From NCBI GenBank assembly GCA_964187785.1, contig OZ076415.1, positions 52,886,001 through 52,950,000 on the forward strand: a stretch of 64,000 nucleotides of DNA, in the 5' to 3' direction. Of the stretch, positions 24,571 to 35,302 are shown piece after piece (the first letter of the stretch is position 1; each line of letters starts with the position of its first letter). Source of the DNA: Amphiscolops sp. MND2022 (Eukaryota). The notes beneath the pieces were generated by a model. The model was not told the DNA's origin, did not search any database, and saw nothing but the letters and a program-made list of their open reading frames with translations. The position numbers were made by a program, and so were the translations under genes.

Positions 24571-26260
24571 AGGAGCGAAACGAAGCGGAGCGACCTTTCA
24601 TATGGCCTTGTCTCAATGTTGCTACTTGGTGAAGGGAGAGAAGCGATCGAGCCATGCAACAAATATGGCAAATATTTAGTAAGATTTTTTGTTTCTTAAA
24701 CATTCAGTTTAAAAACATTGGTCGTTTAGCCTAACAATATTACGCCAAATGACTCGGGGAAAACGACCTTAAGCCTAGTGACTTGTAACCGGACTTGTTT
24801 CATCTGTTCAACTAGACAATCAGCTATCGTTGTTTTTTCGTTGTTTTGGTTCCCTCGTTCTACTGGGATAGTGACTAGCATTAGAAGTGGTAGTAGTGCT
24901 TCTGTCGTTCGTTTTGACTGCAGAACTCGAGTGCGTGCCATCTCCCCCTACATGATAACCTACATAGCACCAGATTGGCGACAACAATCTTTGTCGTCTG
25001 AGACTTCTAAAATAAGTAATTGCTATACGTTTATTTACAATGAAAACCCCTAGGAAGAGGTTTCCGGGTATTTGGCTTTTCCTGTTTGAATGCAGGATCT
25101 CATTAGACTGGCCTTTAAACGTCCATTGTTTAAAGACTCACGTCCGCCAGACTGCCATCCGCTGTTAGACGTCAGAACAAGCCTAATTGTTGTGATAGGC
25201 TTGTTGAATTGCTACAGAGATGGCAATTATTTGATTTTGAGACAACTGGACAACATCTCTGACGCTGTTTTGTTGGTTTGTTGCTGCATTTGGGCTGGAA
25301 ATCTATCACAACCCGGTGAGATGATTCCATTTGTGTTTCATTTTATCAATTTAAGGATTTGCGTTTCTACCGGTCTACTGGGATAGTGACTGGTATGAGT
25401 AGTTTGTTGGCGTTTTTTTGTGTTATATTTCATTGATTTTAATTTCAATTTATCTTTTCAATTTTAATTTATTCTTTTAATGAATCAAGTCTCCAGATTT
25501 TTCGATGGCTTTAGAAACCCCCAGCCCTGTTTTCCCTTGTTTTTCCCCATCCTCGTTTTTGGTCGTTCGGTCTTCTCTTTGAAAATGAGCATTGTAACTA
25601 GTGTCGTGTGCAGTGCCTGAACCATGAATCGTGGGCTCTGAAGCTCTCAAGCTACAACGGGGGAACTCAAGACGGAGTTTGAACTAGAGATTGAAGGAAC
25701 TCAATAATAAAGTTCAAGCTTCTGATGATTTGGGTCTTGTCTCAAACGAGAAGTCTATTTTTGATAACGTTTTTTGAGTGTAACGGTAACGGTATGAGAG
25801 TAAAATATTGATGCAAAGAAGTGAGAATTTAATGACTGGGTATTAACAAGTTGTTGATTATCAATCGAAGAATTTACAACCAAAGAGCAACAAATGGACT
25901 TTTTCAGGTTGTTAACATATATGTTCATGTACGTATACATAAATGAGCAACAATAGGTAAATATTATGTGTGCGAAACAACTGTCAGATAATATGATTGA
26001 TTCATAAAACATTTCAGTGGTACAAAGATCAAAAGGAAGCGCCGTCAAAGTTTCGAACTGGCGCAGACTGGTTCAAAGGCAATGATTGACCCACTATGCT
26101 AAGTGGACTAATAATTACTGCGCGATCATTGTGATGTCATGCGCCAACATCCCAGCGGCCATGAAGGATCAGCTTCATTGAATAAATATGGTTAAAACAC
26201 GTGCTGATACAAAGATCACATTAACATGAGTTTGAGTTTGAAGTGACAAAATCAATTTTT

Positions 26261-26327
26261 GATCTTCGGGGATTCGAACTTCAGAACTTCTTATAGGGGG
26301 TTATTAAGTTTACCACTGTACCATCAT
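26261..26327 (-). pseudogene. tRNA-derived sequence (pseudo-tRNA or SINE head)
   Basis: A-box-like tggtacagtggt and B-box gttcgaatc at tRNA-like spacing; stems degenerate. Confidence 0.35.
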
Positions 26328-29300
26328 CTTACATAAGGGGATTGAGTTTACTTTAGGTAATTGAGTTGAGTGTGTGTGGCTGCAGTTGAAATGTTAAAAA
26401 TGTTGGCTGGCTTCTTCTCTTTACGCACTAAACCTCCTCCCTCGGCCCCCCTTGCATCCCCCGTGGGGACGGAAACCAGATCTGAGCTGTCAAGGATTTG
26501 ACTTTTGGCGGGCATTCTCCTTTGTGAGGAAAGTCTGGGGTTGGTCAGGAAATGATGATCCCAACTACGTGGGTCCTTGGAACCAGAACTTCTGTTGAGC
26601 CACCAACTGCGTTGCTAGCAATCCGCGTGAGCACAGATCTGCTGGGTTCTCTACTGACGGCACGTGAAGGAATCCAGTTGTTGGCAACATTGATTGAATT
26701 TTAGAGACACGGTTGGAGTAAAATGTTTACCATCGAGAGGGATCCGCCTTGATCCATGAGAGTGCGATTGTTGAGTCTGAGTATAACAAACACTGAGACG
26801 TGCTTCGATTTTGAAAGTGCCCCTTGACCGCTGTTGCAAGTTTGGCACCAGTGTGTTTTGCTAGGAGCTCGAGACGAGGGAGACTTGAGGGCTTGATTGG
26901 TGCCACTTGCATTTGGAAGAAATGAAGGTTGATGAGACAATGTCACCTTTGATTGACACCAGATAGACACAAGCACTGTAGGCTTTTTTTGGAAGCATCA
27001 CAGAAGACTTGCAATGAGGTTTCATCGTTCAAGTGGGTTGGTAGCACCTTCTTGGTTGTCTGGAGTTGTGATAGCGTGCCCATGCTATCTTTCCAGTTTG
27101 TGTATGGACGTGACACATCGTCTGGAACTGCATTGTTCCACTCAAGATCCAGCTTCCAGCACGACTGATTGATGACCTTGGAGACTATGAGAACTGGAGG
27201 TATGAGGCCAATTTGTTCAAAACGCCCTGGAACATTACTGAGTAAATTTCGTTGTGTAATGTTTGAAACATACTGACTACTACTTATATACACGAAGTGA
27301 TCCTCTAGAGAATGCCACATCAATCCCAAGTTTTTGATTTGATGGGCTTTGTTGATTTCGTAAGCCTTGTCGGACTTTTGAAGGTCTTTTGGAGACGAGT
27401 CACCAGTTGGGGTTCGTTGCTGCTCCACTTGCGTTTTGGGAGACAGTTCTTGTTCAGGGCTTCAATCAAATCGTCTTGAAGCACGCATGCTTCCACCAGG
27501 GTATCGGCTCCACTAACTAGATCGTCAACCCGGAAGTCATTGAGAATCACACTCACTGTGTCGGGAATGGGCCCGTTTGTTTTACCACTCTCTTGAAGTG
27601 CTCGGGTTGAATGGTAGGAGGCGCTGGCAACACCGTACGTTACTCGAGTCATACGCAATTCCCGGATCTTGTCTGTCACGAAATCACGCCACAGAATTCG
27701 GTGAAAGTCACGATCTGATTCGTCTAAAGCCACTTGTCGGTACATCTTTGCCACATCTGCCGACAAGGCATATTGGTGTAGGCGATAGCAAATGAGGATG
27801 TCAAACACATCGTCTTGTAAACGGGGTCCAATCAGCAAGCAATCATTCAGAGAATAGCCATTCGGAGACTTGCTACTGGCATCGAACACGACCCGAAGCT
27901 TGGCCGTCGTACTATCCTTTAAGACACAGTGATGGGGCAAGTAATAGCATGAGCTTGAAGCTTGAGGAGCTTCTTCCAAGTGGCCCATGAATACACGATA
28001 CTGCTGCTTCACATCGTCGTGATCCTTGAGTTTTCGTTCCAAAGCGAATAATCTCTGCTTGACTGTTTAAAAATTGTTTGAGGGAGGTGCCTCAGACCTG
28101 AGAGGGAGACGAACTGTGATGCGGCCGTCATCTGCCATATAGTTTGTCGTATCGTAATGTTCCGCACCTTGCCGATTTCTTTGGACATCGACTTCACTCG
28201 AAAAATCTACTCAACTTCTCAGAAGCGAGCAAGTTCCAGTTCCACTGCAACTTGGAACGATTGACATTGGTCGCACATGACACAACACTCCAATGACCAC
28301 CCAGCAGAAGACTGATTTGCGATAGTGAAGCCCATGATCCTTCTTCCTCTCGTCCAGAAAAAGACTCTCACACTCATTCGCGCCCAACTGCAATTGAACG
28401 GGGCCAGGTTGATGGATGATTTTGTCAGCTTGTGCTACACGTTTCATTCACTTTAATTGTTTCAAGTTAATGGATTGAGAAAGTATATTACCTGCGATTG
28501 AGTTCAGCACTAGTGCTGTAACAGGCAATTTGTGAGGACCAACTAAGAGACTGACTGACTCCTATGCTGCTTGTTGCCGTCCACCAATCCCAGAGATCTT
28601 CACGTCTGCTGTTGAATGTGCAAGGTTGAATTTTGATGCAGCATCCGCTGTGATGAAGGATGTTAGAGACCCAGAGTCCAGCAAGGCTCGAAACATCAAT
28701 GTCTTTCCAGCTGTATCATCAATGCCAACTATTGCTATTGATAAGACAGAAGGACCGCTGAATGTTGCACAAATGGTCACCCCACTTCAATGTTCGACTG
28801 GACAATCAAAATGCAGTGATGTATGATGCCTCTTGTTGCAAGTGCGGCAGCTGAACTTCGATGGACAATCAGCCATGAAATGCCGCCCCAGACAGTTCAA
28901 GCACAGTTTGAGCTTCCTCGCCACTGCCACTTTCTCACGCGTGCCCAACTGCTTGTAGCGATCACACTGAGCGGTTGAATGGGACCCACTGCATTCTTTC
29001 ATCTGACAACTTTCGGGGTGCTCAACAGTTGAGGAGTAGGATTTTTGATGCACCTTCTTAGGAGTCGTCTTTGGAACGGAAGCTTCAGGCTGGTCACCAC
29101 TGGCTTCCATTGCGTGACTTCGTCTATCCATGAATGTAGTTAACTCTTTGAATGTTAACACATCTGTGCCAGGATGAGCAAATTCAAAATGCTTCCTCGA
29201 CTCGGCTTCCAATTTCTCCAGCAGCCAGTACACCAGTATTGCATCCCAATGATCGACTGGCAATATCAATGCTTCTAGTGCTTGCACATGTTCGTTCGTC

Positions 29301-30000
29301 GACTCCAATAACTTGCGCAGCTCGGCACTTGACTCCTTCTTGACGGCTGGTAGGGCATGAATTGCCGCTAAATGCGCCTTCACAATTGAACGCTTGTTGT
29401 TGTAGTGCTCCTCTAGCTTTCGCTTCGCGTTGTCGTAGTTTGCATCAGTGTCCAACAGGTATGAAACTATCTGAGCTGCATCACCCTTCAGTGACAACTT
29501 GGGGTAGGATAGCTTCTCAATGTTGGTCATGTCACGCTTGCTGTCAACCAGAGTTGTGAATTGGTCCCAGAGAGAGACCCACTGCGAGTATTCACCACTG
29601 AATGAAGGAAGAGTCAGCTTGGGAAGCTTCGTGGTCGGACTGCCACTTGATGGTGCCGCTTGGACTTGGAGGCTGCAACTCTTTGATCGTGCTCTGACGC
29701 CACTTCACTGCCGTTTCTGCTGCCATGGAAACATCAGCCGCTTCCTCCATATCTACTATTAGTTCATCGTTGTCTTCAATGAGTTGTTGGATCTGCGAAT
29801 CCAACTCTGTCAGCATCTTGCGACAATCGATCAGGAACTCCAATGTGGCTTCGACATCCTCAAGTGCTCCACCGGCTTGCAGGATTGCTGCTACCCGTCT
29901 TGTGAGAATGCCGCGATGAGCCCCTTTTGATCGCTTTAGTTGAGGGAACTTCTGCACACCACCAGAGCTGTCTAAACTTCCTGAACCTTCTGCTGTTTAC

Positions 30001-30018
30001 ATCACGTCGAGGTCACCA
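30001..30018 (-). promoter_or_regulatory. PBS of BEL-2 complementary to tRNA-Trp
   Basis: TGGTGACCTCGACGTGAT, one mismatch to the usual animal tRNA-Trp PBS TGGTGACCCCGACGTGAT (recalled, not searched). Confidence 0.85.
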
Positions 30019-32962
30019 AAGTTTAGGGGTAGCTCTCAAGGTGCAACGGGGGAACTCAACACAGAGTTCGAACCAGAAATTGAGGGAACTCAAAGATAGA
30101 AATCAAGCTTCTGATGATTTGGGTCCTGTCTCAAACGAGAAGACTATATTTGATAACGTTTTTTGACTGTAACGGTTATGGTATGAGAGTACAAATTTGA
30201 TGCAAAGAAATAAGAATTTCATGACAGGGTATTAACAAGTTGTTGACTATCAAATGAAGAATTTACAAAGAGGCAAAGAGCAACAGAAGGGCCTATTCAG
30301 GTTGTTTACATTGATGTTCATGTACGTATACATAAATGAGCAACGATAGGTGAATATTAAAAGTGCCAAACAACTGTCAGATAATATGATTGATTCATAA
30401 AACAGTTCAGTAGTATACAGATCAAAAAGGAACGCCGTCAAAGATTCGAACTCACGCGGACCGGTTCGAAGGCAATGATTGATCCACTATGCTAAGTGGC
30501 CTTATAATTACTGCGCGATCATTGTGATGTCATGCGCCAACAATAAATTCTGCTCCGCCCAAAAATGTTGTAAAACCTCTGGCAGATTTTTCTGGGTAGG
30601 ATGTTCAAAATGCCGTAAATGGTTCCATATCAAGTGTGTGGGTATTACAAAAAAGCAGTCGAAGGAGGAAGATTTTTTCGGCAGACTTTGCCAAGTTGTG
30701 GATACGGGTGCTCCAATGCCCCTTACCGTTGATACTCTAATAGCTTTCACTAAAACAAACCCCACCATTCTGAAACGAGTACCCAAACACGCACGTATTC
30801 CACTAGCGAAGCTTCTCAATGAAGCGTTTGATAGCATAGTAGCAAAGCCATATAATGAATTGTGCTGGGTGAGTTTCTTTCTTCGATTTTGCGCCATTAT
30901 GACACAGCCATAACGATCTGGCAAACGACAGAAATCTGATCTGGGGAGTTTCATATGCGAGAGAATCAACAAAGGTGCAGCCCTTGGCGATCTTAATGTC
31001 TCGCGTGAAATGAAGGACTCTAAACTCGAGCAAGAATGCGAAAAAAGTATCAAATTGATCTCGGTCAAGCTCGATGAGAGGAACGTCCGAGCGGGAATAA
31101 CACTAGCAGCGTCTGACGACTCAGTAGCTCCCTTTGACAACAACTCTTACAAAAAACTTGAGTCAAAACTTCCCCGTCGAGTCGCAAATCATTCCCAACA
31201 AGTTGTCGAAGATAGCTCAATTACGTTTGAACCCATCGTAGCGAAGGCAATCAACTCCTTCCCCTCTGGGTCGTCGGGAGGACCAAGCCTACTTGTGCCC
31301 CAGTTGTACAAAGACCTTATCGCGAAGAGCAACGGGTCCGTAGGCAATGAGTTCCTCCAGAAGCTAACAAGTGTACTAAATATTGTCTTAGAAGGCAAAG
31401 TCTCTGTATGTTTGAGACCTTTTTTCTTTGGTGCTCAACTTTTTGGTCTTCGGAAAAAAGACGGCGGAATTCGACCGATTGATGTTGGAAATACCCTGCG
31501 TCGAATATGCTCGAAATGTGTGAGCTCCTTCGCGACTGACCAACGACGAATTGATTTCCATGGTACTCAGTTCGTCCGCGGAACAAGCCGTAGAGCAGAA
31601 ATTGCAGCACATGTTTTTCGAAACCTCACTGAGAACGAGCAGAATCCTGAAAACGTTATTCTGAAGGTGGACTTCAAAAATGCTTTAAACTCGCTGAAAC
31701 GTGACAAAATTTTTGGACACCGTTTTCCGAAAGCGACGCCAGATTCTCAATTATACGCACTTTGCATATAGCGAATCCTCTCAATTTTTCTTCGGAGAGA
31801 AAGTTATTCAATCGAAAGAGGACCCCGAAGGTCCAGCTCTCTTCTTCGACACCTCGTATTAAAGACCTCGTTAACCAAATGGTTTCACAATATAGTGTTT
31901 GGTACCTCGACGACGGGAATCTTCCGGATGACTATCGGACGGTTCTTGAGGACCTCAAACGAATCATTGCTACCGCCGACGAGTATGGATTATCACTCGA
32001 GAAAACTAAATGTTACTTGATTTTCCTCAAATATTGTACCGAAAGCTCAAAAAATAGAAGCGCTTTTTGACGAAAATTGGTATTAAAGTGGAGGATCGTG
32101 AAAATTTGGGAATTTTAGCGTCGCCAATGGGCGCAAGTGCTCGTCGAGACCTGTTGAACAAAAAAATAATTGAATTGGAAAGTCTCTCTGAAGTCGTTAC
32201 GAATCAAGACGCCCACTATGGTTTCTACCCGTTGAACAACTGCTTCAGTCTACTTCAACCCCCATGCTATGATCGTACCAGCCCTTGCTTTGAAGAGTTG
32301 GACATCCTACAGCGGTATGATTCCATTATTCGCAAATCATTGTCCAAAATCTGCAATGTGAGTTTTATTGAAAGCAGCTATACTCAAGCTATTCTTCCAG
32401 TCTCCAAAGGGGGCATCGGCATTGCATCGACTTCCCAAATTGCTTTTCTTGCTTTTTTAGCATCAGCAAAGGGCGCCAAATGTGTCTGTCGTGTATCCTC
32501 CTGAAGGCTAATTCGATGCATCGTTTGAAAAGGCTCTGAATTTGTGGTTGACGAAGGCGAACCTAACAGAAGCACCGCCGGACTTCATCCAAAATTATTG
32601 GACGTCTCCTTTGAGCGATGCTACTTTTCATCAACTCATAACACACCTTGATGCGGAAAATGTCGAAAGGCTGAGTGCTTACCAAGACCCCTTTGGTTCA
32701 GCTTGGCTGAATGTTGTATCAAACAAAAATCTCGGTTCGACGTTGACAGATCAGCAACTGCGCATCTCCTTATCCCTCCGCCTAGGTGCGAAAATTTGCG
32801 AGAAACACACTTGCCGCTGTGGTAAACGTGTCGAAGAGAACGGACACCATAGTCTTTCCTGTGCCAGAAGCGCGGGACGTTTCTCGAGGCACCACAACCT
32901 CAATACTCTCATGAAACAGTCGCTGAGTTCCATCAAGGTTCCCTCAATTTTAGTACCATATA

Positions 32963-33199
32963 TTATTTATAAATTCCAGGAAAGAATGCCTCTATTTGCA
33001 GGCCATGATTATACAAATGAAATTTACAAATGATCATGATTTCTTTGCATCAGGTGAGTTTTAGTTCTCACAAATTACAGAAACGGGACGATTTTTTGAT
33101 AAAGTCCAACAGGTTAATCTTATCATTATGGCTTCTTTTTCTTATTAGTTCTTCAAATGAACCAAATTTTATGTGCTCCTTTCTCCTTAGTACCATATA
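32963..33199. other. 237-bp AT-rich insertion with a 13-nt direct repeat
   Basis: ttagtaccatata at 32950-32962 and 33187-33199; removal restores PSILVPYSLTRTDKKRPDG. Confidence 0.85.
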
Positions 33200-33299
33200 G
33201 TCTGACCCGAACAGACAAAAAGCGCCCAGATGGAATTACCCTAGGGCCCTGGGAGCCTTCCAGTGGGAGGAAGGCAAGCAATTAGTCTGGGATGTTACT

Positions 33300-34596
33300 G
33301 GGTACAAGACATATTGCTTAATTCCATATTGCTTAATGCCATATTGCTTAATTTTGTGGACATATTGCTTAATAATTTTTAAGCAATATGGATAATGCCA
33401 TATTGCCTAATTTTGTGGACATATTGCTTAATAATTTTTAAGCAATATGGATGTGTTTTCACATTGAGTAATGAGTGATGAATCGAAAAATGCGTCGGAT
33501 CTAAGTGACACTTATAACACGTGCCTCGGATATGTCCCCATTTCCTCTAATGGCCCGCGGCCCTTGGGGCCGCTTATATTCCCATCTTGCTAAGCGAGGT
33601 CGAACAGGAGCAAAGACCTAGCGGGAACGGAGATCGCGAAGCGATCGTAGTGGGAGCTGGTCTTTGCGACGGTGAGGGCGACCGTGCATACATCGCATAG
33701 GCCCCACATTATATTTTCGCTTTCAGAACACATATTAGATCATAAAGGCGTTAGACCTAAGTATTTTAGATAAAATTAGATCTGAAAGTTAGACCTACCG
33801 TTAAATCGGTAAATGGTCACTTGGCTTAATGCCATTTGGCTTAAAGTCACTTGGCTTAATACAATTGGTCACTTGGCTTAATTTTTTTAAGCTAAGTGTC
33901 TCGGGTTTTGGTCACTTGGCTTAAGAAGTCATTTGACTTAAAACCACTTAGTTGAAAACACGTGGCAGATTTTGTCGAATTTATCTTTATAACGTAGTCA
34001 GCGTATTATTATAACATGTCATATCAAGTACCCCTCGGGTATGTCCCCATTTCCTCTAGTGCCATGCGGCCCCTTGGGGCCGCTTATATTTCCATCTTGC
34101 TAAGCGAGGTCGAACAGGAGCAAAGACCTAGCGGGAACGAAGATCGCGAAGCGATCGTAGTGGGAGCTGGTCTTTGCGACGGTGAGGGCGAGCGTGCATA
34201 CACCGCATATGCCCCACATTATGATATTTCCGGGAGTTGACATATTTATTCCTTGAGTTGGAATGGAGTTGGCTTAATTTTGTGGTCACTTGGCTTAAAA
34301 TTTTTAAGCCAAATGACTCGACGAAAAAGTTAAGCCAAATGGTATTAAGCCAAGTGACTGGTAACCGTTAAATCTGATTCCATACGACACATATCATACT
34401 CAGAACACATATTAGATCATAAGACCTATTAGATCATTTAAGACCTAAGGTCCATATTGTACTGTACTAGGTCCATATTGCTTAAAATGATGTCCATATT
34501 GCTTAAAATGATGTCCATATTGCTTCAAAAATTTTAAGCAATTCGTACAAGGTCGATTTTTAGGCAATATGGCATTAAGCAATATGACTTGAAGCC
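33300..34596. mobile_element. Mutator-like non-autonomous foldback element with catattgcttaa sub-repeats
   Basis: 9-bp TSD gatgttact (33291-33299, 34597-34605); imperfect TIRs gg(g/c)t(a/t)caag(a/t)catattgcttaat. Confidence 0.85.
33808..34366. mobile_element. Nested TIR element with ggtcacttggcttaa sub-repeats
   Basis: Flanked by the direct repeat (c)gttaaatc (8-9 nt); TIRs ggt(a/t)a..gtcacttggcttaat.ccatttggctta. Confidence 0.8.
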
Positions 34597-34899
34597 GATG
34601 TTACTTGTGTCGATCTCGCCTCCAGCAGAATAGAGAACGAGTCTATTGCCATCCTAGGCACAGCAGCGGAAGATGCAGAGGAATTGAAAATGGCTAAGTA
34701 CGTTTGTTTGACTGACAAAGGATGCATCTTCAACGCTTAGCCTTTGAAATTCAGGGAGGAGTCGGACCTTCCACGTCTACTTTCTTGAAAAACCTGTGTA
34801 AAAAATTGCGTGTGCAATCAGGAAATTAGAGCCATGTCGTTTTTCAGGCAGAGACTCTCTCGCATTCCAGGCAGGCAATGCGGCCAGTGTAGTTGGAAC

Positions 34900-35302
34900 G
34901 GGAACAGGACGTTTCGGCAAAAAAAATTCGAGGCGTTTCGGCAAATTTTTTTTGCCGAAACGTCCGCCGCCATGTTTTTGCCGAAACGTCTTTTGCCGAA
35001 ACGTCCTGTTCCCCTCTCGGATATGTGCCCATTTCCTCTAGTGCCCCACGGCCCCTTGGGGCCGCTTATATGCCCATCTTGCTAAGCGAGGTCGAACAGG
35101 AGCAAAGACCTAGCGGGAACGGAGATCGCGAAGCGATCGTAGTGGGAGCTGGTCTTTGCGACGGTGAGGGCGAGCGTGCATACATCGCATATATCATGCG
35201 AGACGTTTCGGCAAATTTTTTAGCCTGAGACGTTTCGGCATATTTTTTTTTGCCGAAACGTCCGCCGCCATGTTTTTGCCGAAACGTCTTTTGCCTAAAT
35301 TC
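34900..35302. mobile_element. TIR-type insertion with cgtttcggcaaaa sub-repeats
   Basis: Flanked by gttggaac direct repeats; gggaacaggacgtttcggc/gccgaaacgtcctgttccc inverted pair; removal restores SVVGTVRDEDHVSELYYL*. Confidence 0.8.

Larger units (their letters stand above)
25642..30542 (-). mobile_element. BEL/Pao LTR retrotransposon (BEL-2), integrase deleted
   Basis: ~500 bp LTRs at 25642-26148 and ~30031-30542 starting TGTTGGCGC; gag 29957 down, CLNCLGRH...CRTCNKRHHTSLH, ALLDSGSLTSFIT, YYLPHHCV, FRVDDLVSGA, FCDASKK, ENPADLCSRG ending ~26480. Confidence 0.9.

Noticed and set aside
30508-31143. 211-aa minus-strand ORF
   Set aside because: Antisense to the CRE-2 ORF.
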